From the NCBI GenBank assembly GCA_963823035.1, contig CAWGKG010000014.1:636122-700121 (forward strand): a stretch of DNA of 64,000 nt, in the 5' to 3' direction. The notes beneath the pieces are model-generated. The model was given only the letters and a program-made list of their open reading frames with translations, searched no databases and was not told the DNA's origin. This document shows positions 40,432-52,979 of the stretch, one piece after another. The number at the start of each line of letters is the position of its first letter. Position 1 is the stretch's first letter. The DNA comes from an uncultured Gemmatimonadales bacterium. Its GTDB lineage: Bacteria; Gemmatimonadota; Gemmatimonadetes; Longimicrobiales; Gaopeijiaceae. The position numbers and the translations under genes are program-made.

Positions 40432-41715
40432 TCAGGTGTTGGGGTTGGTGTCCGTCTCCCGCTCGGGCAGCGGGAAGCAGACGTCGGTCCCGCTCTTGCC
40501 CGTGGGAAAGAGATCGATGCCGTCGCCGAGGAGCCGCCGCAGCGTGGCCAGCCGCTCTCCCGTGAGCCAGAGCGCTCGCGCGCGCTCCCTGGCCAGCACC
40601 CGCAGGTCCTCGCTCAGCGTTTCCGGACAGCGTGATCGGGCCCAGACCCCAAGGGTCGGCTCGGAGACCGTTGAGGATCGTCTCGGCCTCACCGAGGCTC
40701 CCGGCGCGTAGCTTCTGCTCGGCGATGATGAGCTGCGCCTCGGCTCCCGAAGCCACCACGATGGGCGCGTCGCCGGTCACGTACTTCATCTGGTACACGA
40801 CCGGAATGATCGGGTTGAAGGACTCGAGGTCGGGCCTGGGTTGAAGCAGTCCCAGGGACACCCATTCATCGAAGTACGGCCACTTCTCGTTGCCGACCGC
40901 GGTGATGGTGCCGTCGCCCACGGACCAGCGGATGACGTCGTTGAGCGCGTGGGTCACGTCGGCGACCCGATTGTACTGACCCACGGTGTTGTTCGAGTAG
41001 TACGCCTTGAACTCGAAGTCGGGCGGCACCGACGCCGCGGCCGCCGCGGCCTCCGAGTACTCCTTCAGCCACAGGTGGGCCCGGGCCTGTCCGACCCGCG
41101 CCGCGGCGACGAGATCGGCGTCGCCCACGCCCTGCGCGGCCGACTCGGCGTCCGCGAGGGCGACCAGGGCGTCTCGCATCCGATCGTCGGACGACAACGC
41201 CGGACCTCCCGGCGATCGGGCTCTCGCACATCGCCTCGGCGAGAAGCACCCTCGTCAGCCCGCCCAGGTACTTGCCCAGCGCGATCCCAGCTTGAAGCTG
41301 GTCGGGGTCGGCGGCCGAAGTGGTCAGCGCGTCTTCCAACACGACCACCCCCGTGTCCGCCATGAAGCGCGCTACCGACAAGCGGCGTGTACAGCTCACC
41401 CAACAGACCTTCGTTGTTGGTCTGGATCGAGCGCTCGTCGATGTCCTGCCGGTAAGGGAACGTGCCGGCCAGGATGAACTCGTCCACGAGGATGCCCGTG
41501 TGGAGGACGTAGTTGTCCATCATCTCCTGAAAGGCGCCTCGCATGCCGTTGATGGTCAGGTCCACGGGGGCGTCCCCGGCCAGGTCGTCGGGGGTCAGGT
41601 TGACGGGGTCCTGCACCTGGAGCAGCGAGTCACAGGCCGAAGATGCCAGGATCAGGGCGAGGGCCGCCGCCAGGCTCCCTGCGCGTCGCGATGTGCGGTT
41701 CCGCTTCTCGTTCAT
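40432..41715 (-). CDS. SusD/RagB-like lipoprotein, about 3 frameshifts
   Basis: SSACDSLLQVQDP lipobox; AARVGQARAHLW; EAQLIIAE; ERARALWLTGERL; CFPLPERETDTNPN C-terminus, across several frames. Confidence 0.8.
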
Positions 41716-41778
41716 CGTGCGTTTCCTCTCAGATCAATCGTCGTAGTGGGCGGTCCGATTCGTATTCCGGTGTTCGCA

Positions 41779-44700
41779 CTAGTAGACCAGCGAGAAACGG
41801 AACCCGAGCTCCGTGGGAAGGCCGGAGCTGAAGAACTCCCGCTGCGACGCATCCGAGCGTCCCTGGCTGTTGATCTCCGGATCGGTGCCCGGGATAGCTC
41901 GTGAGGGTGAGCAGGTTGCTGGCCACGACGCTGAGGCTGCCCGACGTCGCGCCCGAGACGCTGGGCCCAGTTCGTGGGGAGAGCCAAGCGCGCGGAAAGC
42001 TGGCGGAGCTTGGCGTAGTCGGCCTTGTACAGGAACAGGTACGGCTGGGCACCCGACCCCGCCTGTCCCTTGAGGATCGCCTCCTCCGTGGGCTGACCGT
42101 TGGCGTCGCGCTCGTACTTCGCGGCGCACGTGCCGAAGACCGTCCTGCACTGATAGGACTCGGTGTAGTTCATGTTCTTGTGCCCGCCCACGAACTCCAG
42201 CAGCCCGTAGATCACGAGGTTGCCGCCGAAGAGCGAGAGGTTCGAGCTGACGGAGCCCTCGTACGACGGCGTGGGCTGCCCCGCGAAGACGCGCTCCGAG
42301 GCCACCTGCACCTCACCGCCGGGCCCCAGCGTCACCGGGTAGGTGAAGTAGGCGCCGAAGGGGTAGCCCTCGCGGTGCTCCTGGAAGCCACGGCCACCGA
42401 TCGCGATGGGCGCGTCGAGCTTGGTGATCTTGCTGTTGAGGTGCGTGTACGTGACCCGCATGTCCCACGACAGGTCGTCGCCGTCGACGCAGCACGCCGT
42501 CGAGCGCCGCTTCCACGCCGCTGTTCTTCACCTGCCCCACGTTGTCCCAGACGCCCTGCGAGAAGCCGGTGGAGGGCGGAACGGGCTTCAGCACCAGCGC
42601 GTCGTTCGTCACCTGGTTGAAGTACGTGACCTCGAGGCCGATGCGGCTGCCAGAAGAGGTCGGCGTCGAATCCGGCCTCGGTCTCCGATCCGGTCTCCGG
42701 CTTCAACTCCGGCGTTGCCCTGTCGCGACGGCACGAAGCCCGATCCCGTCGACCCGTCGGGGAGCGACACCGACGTCACCGACAGGAGGGTGACCGCGTC
42801 GAACGGCCCGGGCTGCTTGCCCGCCTTGCCCCACGCACCGCGAAGCCGGAGGTTGCCCACCACGCCCTTGGGAAACCAGGCCTCGTCGCTGACCACCCAC
42901 GAGGCGCTGACCTTCGGGTAGAGGATCGTGCCGAGACCGGCACCGAAGGCGCTGTTGTCGTCGAAGCGCACGCCGGGCGTGATGAAGAGACGATCCGCGT
43001 AGCCGAACTGCTGCTGGGCGAAGAAGCCGACCGTGCGGACCTCGACGAAGCCCTCGCTGGCGTCCTTGGTCGCGCCGTTCCCGACGGTTCCCGCGCCCGG
43101 CGGGAAGTTCCGCCCCACGGCGCCGGTGGTCTCGGTGATGTCACGGTAGAACTGGGCGCCGACCGTGGTCTCCGACGCCCACTTGTCGCGTGAAGCTCGT
43201 GGGTGAGCGAGGTGGTGCCCTCGAGGGTGAGGATGCGGCCGAGCACGTGGCTGACGCTCCGGTACGGGTCGGAGTCCCGCACCTTGAGCGGGCTGTTGGG
43301 GATCATGTTGTACCCGCGCTCGGTGTAGGAGTCGTAGCCGACGCTGAGGCGCGACGACCATGAGCTCGTGGGCGTGTACCGGAGCGCCACCGTCCCCGTG
43401 TAGCGCTCCACCTCGACCTGGTTCTGCATCGTGCGCAGGCGGTCGAAGTTGTTCGAGCCGATGAAGCCGCGATCGAACTCGCCGCAGATACCGGGTGTGA
43501 TCGAGGCGAGGCTCTGCCCCGTGGTGCGCGCGGTCTCGAACGCGAGCGGGCAGGTCAGGACCTGGGAGCCGCCCGAGTTGGGGTCCTGCCGGTACACGGG
43601 CGTGTACTCGGGGTGGCCGAGGAGCACCGCTCCGATGTAGCCCCAGCTCTCCCCGTCGTTGTAGTTGAAGTCGGTGGTCGCTGCTCACGAAGCCGTTGGA
43701 GAACGTGGATGTCGAGGTTCTTGCGTGGGGCTGGAAGGAGAAGTTGCCCCGCACGTGGAAGGCCTGCTGCGCGTTCGTGTCGAACACGCCCGTCTGCTCG
43801 GTCCAGTCGAGCGACGTGAAGTACGAGTAGTCGTCGGTCCCGCCGCTGGCCGTGACGCCGACCTTCTTCTTCTGTCCGGTTCGGAAGGGGTCGTAGAAGG
43901 CGCCGGCGTTGGGCACCGGCTCGGAGCCCTTGAGGACATCGATGAGGTAGGTCGTGTCCTTGTACTGCGGGCCCGAGATCCATGTTCGGGTTCCACCCGC
44001 GGACCGGATAGTCGATCCGGTCCTGCGACAGCGCGTACTCCGTGCGAGACGGTCATCCGCGCACGTCCCGACGCAGCCCCGCTTGGTGGTGATCCGGATC
44101 ACGCCCGGCGGCCGCCTCGGTGCCGTAGAGCGTCGCCGCCGCCGGCCCCTTGATGATCTCGATGGACTCGATGTCCTCGGGGAGGAAGTCCTGCATCCGG
44201 TCCGACGCGGCGCCGCCGACGCCGCGGCTGCGGGCGTCGGTGCTGACCCGCGCGCCGTCGACGTAGACCAGGGGCGTGTTGCTCAGGTTGATGCTGGAGT
44301 TGCCGCGGATCTTGATGTTGGTCGCGTTGCCGACCGTGCCGGTCGATCCGCTGATCGTGACGCCGGTCGCGTTGCCCTGGATGAGGGCGGCGATGTTCGT
44401 GGCCCGGACTTCTGCGACGAGGTCGGACGCGTCGACGGTCGCGACCGCGTTGCCGACCTCGACCTTCCGCTGCTGGCCGGTGGCGGTCACGACGAACTGG
44501 TCGAGGGAGATCGCCGAGGTCTCCATCTGGATGGACATCGTCGCCGTCTGCCGGCGGCGACGGACACCGTCGTGGTCGTGGAGCGATAGCCGATGAGGTC
44601 GACGCGCACCTGGTACTCGCCCGGCGGGCACGCCCACGATCTGGAAGCGGCCCGTCGGCGTTGGTGAGCGAGCCCGACTTCAGCGTCGGCGATCGACACC

Positions 44701-44873
44701 TGGGCGTTGGAGACCGGGGCTCCTCCGGCTTCCGTGACGGTGCCCTGGATGACGCCGGTCTGCTGGGCGCAGCACGCTAGCCCGCGAGTCATCAGAGCGC
44801 CAGCGCGAACAGCGCCACGCGGCGACCGCGACCTGGATCCGGCCCCACCCCTTCACCTCGAACCTGGACTCAT
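41779..44873 (-). CDS. SusC/RagA TonB-dependent receptor, 8 or more apparent frameshifts
   Basis: LDQFVVTATG, IKIRGNSS, TPLVYVDG, DIESIEIIKGPAAATLYGTEAA, RFDDNSAFG, LRGAWGKAG, ADYAKLRQ, spread over many frames. Confidence 0.85.
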
Positions 44874-45049
44874 CTCGATGTCCCCCCGGGATTTCGTTCG
44901 ACGCGCGATGCGCGCACCGTGTCGTGCAGCGCGGAGCGTGGACGGTGGGGGGAGGGCGCTTGCTCGGCCGTTATCCGAGCGTGAATCGGGCTCCGGGCCA
45001 GCGGAATCCGGGACTTCGCTCTGCGCAGCGGGATGGAGAGCGGTTCGCT

Positions 45050-47663
45050 CGGATCCGGCGCGCGGGCGTCGACGGCGGAGGTCGGTAGCGGAGGGGGCGC
45101 CCGCCCCGCGTCGACGAGCGCACGGAACACGGGATCCTCGTCGGAGGAGCGCCGGCAGACCGGGCTCATGCGCAGCACGTGGCGGGTGACCCTGGACGGG
45201 ACCGCGAGGAGCCGCTCGGAGCGTGGCGACGGCCTCGCGGGTGCGACCGGTGAGGGCGTAGACCTCCGCCAGCCGCTCGAGGATCTCGGCGCCCGCGTGG
45301 GCGTCATCGGCCATCGGCAGGAGCGCGGCGGCGCGCTCGCCCGCGGCCACCGCCTCGTCGGGCCTGCCCGAGAGCGCCGCGGCGACCGCCGTGTAGCTGC
45401 GCGCGACCGCGATCGGCCACGCGCCGCCGACCGTGCTCGCGAGCTCGGCGCGTCGACGATCCTCCGTCAGGAGCCGTCGGACCGAATCGGCGCAGGCGCC
45501 GCTAGGTCGCGATCGCCACGGAGGAGGTGCAGGAGACCGGTCAGGACGAGCTCGTCCGCGGAGCGAGGCTGCGCGCCGGGGCCGGGCGGCTCCGCGAGCA
45601 GGCGGAGCGCCTCGGGGTAGTCGTCGCGGAAGAGCGCGACGAGCGCGAGCGCGGCACGGCCGCGGGCAGAGAGCTCGATCGGCGCGTCCTCGAGGATCGC
45701 CCGCGCCGCGGCGGTGTCGCCTCGGCCGTCGAGGTAGAGGAGCGCCTTCTGCAGATACGCCGGCTCGGCGCGCGGCGAGATCACGATCGCCCGATCCAGG
45801 AGGCGCTCGGCGCGCTCGCAGCGCCCCATGCGCACCAGCATCTCGGCCAGGACGATCGTGGTCGTGTAGGAGTTCGGATCGAGCTCGAGCGCCGCGCTGA
45901 TCGTGGCCGCCGCGTCCTGCCACAGTCCCTTACTCCGCTCGACGAACCCCTTGAGCGCGAGCGCTCGGCCTGGCTGGGCCGCGCGTCGAGGACCGGTCGA
46001 GCATCTCGAGCGCCTCGTCGTACTCCTGGGAGGCGTAGGAGAGATGGTACGCCTCGGCGAGCCAGGTTCCGGGTCGTCGGGGGCAGCGCCTTCGCGCGCT
46101 CGAGCGCCGCCTCCGCGCCGGCGGCCTGCTCGCCCTCCTCGAAGACGTAGGCCAGGCAGAGCCGCGCCGACGACAGCGCGCCTGCGCGGCAGCGAAGTCC
46201 GGGTCGAGGCGCACGGCATGCTCGAGGCTCACCACCGCGGCGCGGGCGTCGTCGTGGTTCAGGGCGCGCGAGGCGTGGAGCCGGCCACGGAGGTAGGCCT
46301 CGTAGGCTCGGGGTTGCTCGTGGGCAGGGACGCCGAGCGGGGCCGCGTCCCGAGGGGAACTGCACCTCGAGCGCGTCGGTCACGCGGCGCGCCACCTGCA
46401 GCTCGATCCCGAACAGCTCCTCCAGGGCGCCGTCGTAGCTCGACGCCCAGAGCTGCTCGTCGGTCGTCGCGTCGACGAGCCGCACCCACACGTGGATCCT
46501 GCCTCCCTCCGACTGGATCGCGCCGCGAATGAGGAAGGCGACGCCGAGGCGCGCGGCGACAGTGCGATCGTCCTCCATGTCGATGCGGTAGCCGGCCACG
46601 GAACTGCGCGTGATGACCCTGGAGCGTCCGCACCCGGGAGAGCTGCGTGAGGATCTCCTGGTGCAGCGCGTCCCCGACGAACGCGTTGTCGGCGCCGGGA
46701 CCGATGCTGCGGAAGGGGAGCACCGCGATCGACTTCACCGCGCGCGGCTCGGAGCCCCAGGAACCGGGCGGAACTCGTCCGAGCCCCCACGACGCGGCCA
46801 GCACGCCGCGCGCCAGGCCGAAGGAGGTTCCATCCGACCCGTCTCGACGCGGTCCGGCAGAGACGGCCCGCGAGTCGTTCCAGCAGGCTCCGCGGGCTGC
46901 GTCGCGCGCTGAGGCTCGGGCCGCCGATAGCGGCGAGCGCTCGGGCGCGCCACGACGGCGACCGGCTCGCAAGCGCGCGCGCGGGTGGCTCGCGGCTGGA
47001 CGACACCGCCGGCTGCGCACTGCTCGACGGCGCCGTGGTCTCGGGCGACGGCTCCAGCTCGTAGTCGCGCACGAGCCGGTCGCGAGCTCCCGGTAGACGA
47101 GCACCGCCGTGGCCCGTCGCCGAGCTCACCGAGCAGCTGGATGAGCCGCCGCGCCGAAGCCTCGTTCGCGGGATCGAGCTCGACCGCGCGCCTCCCCAGC
47201 GCCGCGCCCCTCCCCTCGCCCGCCGCGCGCCCTTCGCGAGGCCCAGGCGCCGCGACGCGCGCCGGCGGAGGCGCGCACGCTCGGCGGCGAGCCACTGCTC
47301 GAACGGCGCCGCGCCGGGGATGAAGAACCCCTCGAGCAGATCGGCACGGTAGAGCGCGACCGCACGCGCGCTCGCCCCCGTCGAGCGCCCCCTCGAAGTC
47401 GACACATCGCAGCGGAGGCGGACCAGCCGACCGCACGTCGTTCGCCCCGGTTGACCAGCGCCCGGCCCGAGACGACGACGCAGGAAGTGGAGGGACTGAC
47501 GAAGCGAGTTGCGCGCGTGCGCGTGTCGCTCTCGGGCCGAGGAGACCGAGCAGCGCTCCGCGGTGGAACCGCGCGGTCGCATCGCAGGTAGGCGAGCAGG
47601 CGAGCCGCTTCGGTGGGCGAGAGGACAGGCTGCGCTCGGGAGATGGGGAAAGAAGGGAGACAT
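45050..47663 (-). CDS. BTAD/SARP-type activator fused to TolB-like and TPR domains, many frameshifts, ends uncertain
   Basis: ARNSLRQSLHFLRRRLG, AVALYRADLLEGF...FEQWLAAER, ELEPSPET, SIAVLPF, VRLVDATTDEQLWASSYD, TPR repeats. Confidence 0.75.
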
Positions 47664-47739
47664 GCTGAGGGGGAGGGTGGGGGGGGGACGGGGTGGTCGA
47701 CGGCCCCGCGCGTGCACGGGCACCGGCCCGGCTCGGGCC

Positions 47740-50099
47740 CTACGGGGTGCCCCGCCCCTCCCGCACCCAGATCAGGAACGACCCGCCCGGGACCTCGATC
47801 TCCTGTGGACCTCCGGACAGGTGCGCCCCCTCACCGCCGACGCCGCGGACCAGATCCACGCGTGCGCGGTCGCCCACCTGCCGCCACTCCCCGGAAGGCA
47901 GGTCGAACCGGAAGAGCCCGTCGGGACCGCCGTCGTTGGCGAGGACCAGCACCCGCTCCCCCACGACGTATCCGAGCAGGTGCTCGTCCTGGGGCGTGAT
48001 CCAGCGATAATGCCCATCCGGCACCTTGGCGACGCGGAAGACCTCGCCGTACGCCGACCTGCGCAGCTCCAGCAGCCCCTGCCAGTAGGCGCGCATGTCC
48101 TCCTGCGCCGAACCCGGAGCCAGGTTCTCCCACACGAAGCGGTTGGGCGCCCGCAGGTTGTAGGTGTCGTCCCGCCCCTTGAACCGGATGGGGCCGCCGG
48201 CGATCTCCACCTCACGCTCCTCCAGGGGCGCCAGACCCTTGGAGCGGAGCATCTCGGTACCCCCATGGATCACCACGGGCCCGGCGGTCGTGAGCAGCAA
48301 CCCGGCGGCGATGCGTACCGCGGCGAGGTCCACGCCCTCCAGTCCGTTGTGGTCCTTCAGCGCGTAGCGGTCGGCAAGGGCCCAGTTGTCGTGGATGTCC
48401 AGGTACGCGATCCCCTTCGTGGTGAGGGGTTCCTCGGCGTAGCGGTTGGCCAGCGCCGCCATGGCGGCGCCCCGGGCGCCGGCCTTCCCGCCGGCCCAAC
48501 CGCGGTCGTTCACGTCGAAGGGCGATCCCTGGAAGGCGTTGCGGGTGTCGTCCTGGAAGAACGTGATCGGGGCGTCCGCCTTGTACCACGACCACTCGGG
48601 ATTCGCGCGCACGTCGGGATCGCTCGGCGCGATCCACGGCTCCCCGTAGATGATCAGGTCCGCGGGGAGCTCCCGTTTGACCTCGAGCAGCGTCTGCTTG
48701 TCGATCTGACCCGCGAGGTCGATCCGGAAGCCGTCCACGCCGAGATCCTCCACCCAGTGCCGCATCTGGTCCAGGATCCAGCGCTGGACCATCGGCCGCT
48801 CCTCCGACTTCACCTCGTTCCCGAAGGGACCGATGTGCTCCAGGTCGTCGTTGGTCCGGTAGTAGTAGGGGAGGTCGAGCACGTTGAAGTTCAGGAGCAG
48901 GTGCCGGTGGTCCATGTTCTCGCCCGTGTGGTTCGGCACGAGGTCGATGATCACGGCGATGCCCCGCTCGTGGAACGCCCGAATCAGCTCCTTGAACTGC
49001 TCCCTCTCCGCGCCCGGCTCGGCATCGCGAGAGCGGTAGCGGCTCTCGACCGCGAAGGCGTGGGTGGTGCGGTACCCCCACTGGTAGTTCTCGCGGTCGA
49101 TCCCCATGGAGCGCGCGAAGGGATCGTCGGCGAAGGCGGCCTGCCAGGCGCCGTCCGGGTAGTGCAGGTACTCCTGGACCGGCATCAGATGGACCACGTT
49201 GATGCCCAGGGCCACGAGATGGTCGAAGCCGATCGGCTGACCCCGCCCGTTCACCAGGCCCGCTCGAGCCATGGCCCGCAGCGTCCCCTTCTCCGCTTCG
49301 GGCACCGGGAGGAGGTCGGTGAAGTCCTGGACGTGCACCTCGTAGGCGACCACGTCCTCCATCGCCGGACGCCCCCCGCGACGGGCGGCGGCGGCGGACC
49401 GTCCGTCCACACGCGGGACTTGCCCCAGGAGCCGTCGTTCACCCGCGCGTACGGATCGGAGATGTGGACCGGGTGGGTCTCGTAGAACCAGTTCCCGGGA
49501 TCGTCCGGACCGTGGACGGTGAAGTCGTACCAGGTGCCGTGGAGGTCACCGGGCTCCGTGGCCTCCCAGACGCCGTTCGGGTCCTTGGTCATGTCGAGCA
49601 CGCCGAGGGCCTTCGCGGGCGGGTCCGCGGCGTCGCGGTACAGGTACAGCTGCACGCGCTCGGCCCGCGGCGAGAAGACGCGGAACGTGGTGGTCCCGCG
49701 GTCGTCGGCCACCACGGCCCCCAGCGGCTTGTCCGAGCTCAGCTTGCGGAAGAACGGATCGCGGCGAACCAGCGCCCGCAGGCCGAGCCCCGGGATCGCC
49801 ACGTAGTGGACGCGCTCGGGATCCACCGCCGTACCCGGAACGAGGATGACCTCTTCGGCCGATTCCGGGCGCACCACCGCCACGGGGATGACCCGCCCCC
49901 GCCCGTCCGTCAACGTATAGGCCGACACCTGCCACGGCGGCTCGGCACCGGAGACCCGGAGGCGGATGGCGATCGGGCCGAGGATCTCGGCGCGCAGTCG
50001 AGGGGGCAATGGGGTCTCCTGTGCGCTCGTGCCGAGGGCACCGATCATGGACAAGGCGAGGGCGGCGGCGCCGCAGGATACGCGTCGAGCCAGTGTCAC
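47740..50099 (-). CDS. Secreted pullulanase-like GH13 with CBM48-like domain, frameshift near 49390
   Basis: TTFRVFSP, SDPYAR, YEVHVQDF, YQWGY, DLVPNH, DGFRIDLAG, YGEPW, IHDN. Confidence 0.87.
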
Positions 50100-50340
50100 G
50101 GCACGTCACTCCCGTGGCATTCGCGAACGTGGCACTCCCCGAGGAGGGAAGACTCCGAAAGCTCGGGGGCCGCTGGCGCCGGTGCAACATGGTCCGCGGC
50201 AATCGGGGCCCCTGCGCTGCCGGCGGTCCTGGGTGCCCCGTGGGGCTCCGTGGGCCCTTGTTCGGCTGCGGGGGGCGGCTCTACCCTGGTGGTGCCACCA
50301 CGCACGGGCTCCCCCGGCGCCACGACCCACCAGGAGCACG

Positions 50341-52242
50341 ATGAGGACCCTGGCCCTGCTCGTTGTCTGCTTCGCCGCCGGGTGCGCCGGCCGGGAAGTC
50401 CCGACGACGGTCGACGCCGCCCCGGAATCGGGCGTTCCCCGATGGGCCCAGGAAGCGGTCTGGTACCAGATCTTCGTGGAGCGCTTCCGGAACGGGGATC
50501 CCGGGAACGACCCGACCCGCCACGACATCCAGGGGTCGTGGCCGCACGTGCAGCCCGAGGGGTGGGCGACGACACCGTGGGGCCACGACTGGTATGCCCA
50601 GGAGCCGTGGGCGGTGGCGACCGGCCAGGACTTCTACTTCACGGCGCAGTTGCGCCGCTACGGCGGCGACCTCCAGGGCGTCCTCGACGAGCTCGACGCG
50701 CTCCAGGAGCTGGGCGTCACGGCCCTCTACCTCAACCCCGTCAACGACGCGCCGTCTCTCCACAAGTACGACGCGAGGAACTACCGGCACATCGATCGGA
50801 ACTTCGGCCCCGACCCACGGGGCGACGAGGCGAGGATGGCCGAGGAGGACCCGGCCGACCCCTCCACGTGGGTCGTCACGGCCGCCGACAGCCTCTTCCT
50901 GGCGCTGGTGGACGCCGCGCACGGGCGCGGCATGCGCGTGATCGTCGACTATTCGTGGAATCACACCGGCGTGACGTTCTGGGCTTGGCAGGACATCCTG
51001 GCGAATCAGGCCGCGTCGCCGTACGCCGACTGGTATGAGATCGAACGCTTCGACGACCCGGCCACGCCGGACACCAGCGAGTTCACGTACCGGGGTTGGG
51101 CCGGCGTCCCGGACCTTCCCGAGCTGCGGAAGGTGGGACGCCCGCCGGGCGAGACGCACGGGGCCGTCGAGGGCACGCTCGACCCCCACGTGCGGGATCA
51201 CGTCTTCAACGTCACGCGGAGGTGGCTCGACCCCGACGGAGACGGCAACCCGGCGGACGGCGTCGACGGGTTCCGCCTGGACGTGGCGGAGATGGTGCCG
51301 CTGGGCTTCTGGCGGGAGTACCGGCGCTTCGTGCGGAGCCTCAACCCCGAAGCGTACCTCGTGGGGGAGGTCTGGTGGCAGGCCTGGCCCGATTCGATGT
51401 ACGACCCGGCTCCATGGCTCCAGGGCGACGTCTTCGACGCGGTGATGAACTACCGCTGGTACATGCCGACCCGCAGCTTCTTCGCGGAGGCGCCGCCCCA
51501 CCTCACCGCGACACAGTACCTGGCGCAGCTCGACTCGGTGGTGGCGGGCGTCCCCGAGGACGAGCGCAAGGCGATGATGAACCTCACGGCGAGCCACGAC
51601 ACGCCTCGCTTCGGCACGTCCATCTACAACGCCGGGCGCTACAAGTACCAGGTGAATCCGCGCGAGAACCCGGAGTACCGGCTGGGACGCCCCGACGAGC
51701 GGACCCGCCGCATCCAGGAGATGATCCTGGTGCAGCAGTTCACCTGGGTCGGCGCTCCCCACGTGTGGAACGGCGACGAGGTCGGGATGTGGGGCGCCGA
51801 CGACCCCGACTCCCGCAAGCCCATGGTCTGGCCGGACCTGACCTACGAGGACGAGGTGGCGGATCCCCTCGGTCGGGCGCGCCACCCGGACGCCGTGGCT
51901 CCGGACCTGGACCTTCGGCGCGTCTACGCCGACCTCATCGCCCTGCGCGAGGCGCACCTCGACCTCTTCGTCGACGGAACGGTGCGTCCCGTCCTCGCCG
52001 ACGACGATCGTCGCCTGCTCGCGTACGAGCGCGTCCTGGGCGCAAGCCGCGCCCTCGTGCTGTTCAACGCCTCGGACGACCCCGCGACCACGACGCTGCA
52101 GGTGGCGTCCGGGCGATACCGGGCCGCCTACCCCGCGGGCGGAACGGTTGAAGTGTCCGACGGCTCGCTCACACTCGAGCTTCCGCCACGGAGCGCGCAG
52201 GTGTGGATCTCCGGCACGCAGCCTCCGGCGTCCGGCGGCTAG
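50341..52242 (+). CDS. GH13 neopullulanase/cyclomaltodextrinase-like lipoprotein
   Basis: RBS AGGAG; AAGC lipobox; WYQIFVERF, YGGDLQG, HKYD, DGFRLDVA, VGEVW, SHDT. Confidence 0.9.
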   Translation: MRTLALLVVCFAAGCAGREVPTTVDAAPESGVPRWAQEAVWYQIFVERFRNGDPGNDPTRHDIQGSWPHVQPEGWATTPWGHDWYAQEPWAVATGQDFYFTAQLRRYGGDLQGVLDELDALQELGVTALYLNPVNDAPSLHKYDARNYRHIDRNFGPDPRGDEARMAEEDPADPSTWVVTAADSLFLALVDAAHGRGMRVIVDYSWNHTGVTFWAWQDILANQAASPYADWYEIERFDDPATPDTSEFTYRGWAGVPDLPELRKVGRPPGETHGAVEGTLDPHVRDHVFNVTRRWLDPDGDGNPADGVDGFRLDVAEMVPLGFWREYRRFVRSLNPEAYLVGEVWWQAWPDSMYDPAPWLQGDVFDAVMNYRWYMPTRSFFAEAPPHLTATQYLAQLDSVVAGVPEDERKAMMNLTASHDTPRFGTSIYNAGRYKYQVNPRENPEYRLGRPDERTRRIQEMILVQQFTWVGAPHVWNGDEVGMWGADDPDSRKPMVWPDLTYEDEVADPLGRARHPDAVAPDLDLRRVYADLIALREAHLDLFVDGTVRPVLADDDRRLLAYERVLGASRALVLFNASDDPATTTLQVASGRYRAAYPAGGTVEVSDGSLTLELPPRSAQVWISGTQPPASGG

Positions 52243-52619
52243 CCTTCGGCGAGGCCCCCGGACGCCGGGCCCTCGGTCGCGGACCCACTCCCGGCTCCCG
52301 TCACCACCTCGTCCAAACGCGCGCGCGCGGCGCGAAGCCCGTACCGGTGATCGTACTGCTTCTTGCCCTCACGGGCGGTGACGATCGCGAAGATGGTTGC
52401 GAGCACTCCGGCGGGCGGGCCGACGCCGAGAACGGCCGACGCGACCCAGAAGGTGGTCACGCCCACGCCCGGCAGCAGGCTCCACCGTAGATGGCGGCGC
52501 GCGGCCCGCTCCCGACCAGCGATCTCGTCCTCGCCTTCGCTCACGGCCAGCGCCATGCGGCCCCGGTCGCTGTCGTCGGGGTGCGCGAGCGCGTCGGATG
52601 CGTGTTCGTTCGAATCCAT
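52239..52619 (-). CDS. Small hypothetical membrane protein
   Basis: 126 aa with two hydrophobic segments and flanking helices. Confidence 0.55.
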   Translation of the reverse strand: MDSNEHASDALAHPDDSDRGRMALAVSEGEDEIAGRERAARRHLRWSLLPGVGVTTFWVASAVLGVGPPAGVLATIFAIVTAREGKKQYDHRYGLRAARARLDEVVTGAGSGSATEGPASGGLAEG

Positions 52620-52654
52620 CGGTGGGACGCCGTACGACTTCGTGCGCGAGGAGC

Positions 52655-52888
52655 CTATTCGCTGACGCGGCCGCAGCCGCAGGGCTCCCCGGTGGTGGGG
52701 CACGTTCCGACTCCGTCCGACCTCGCCCGGGAAGCGCCGGCGCCCACCAGGCCGGGCGCCGACATGCGCAACACCGCGCCGGTCGCGCCGCACGACGGGC
52801 AGACCTGGGCGGTCAGCCTCTCGTCGACCTTCAGGCGTCTCTCGAAGTCGGCGCCGCACTTCCGGCAAGCGTATTCGTAGATGGGCAT
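52655..52888 (-). CDS. FmdB-family zinc-ribbon protein
   Basis: MPIYEYACRKCG...FE...CPSCG...RMS; Cys-rich tail. Confidence 0.88.
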   Translation of the reverse strand: MPIYEYACRKCGADFERRLKVDERLTAQVCPSCGATGAVLRMSAPGLVGAGASRARSDGVGTCPTTGEPCGCGRVSE

Positions 52889-52979
52889 GGCGTGTGCTGA
52901 ACTCCCGCTGGCGGACCAGGATCCACTGCCCTGATGATACCTCCGCCGCGCCGCCCATCAAGCGGCACGCGCCACCGGG

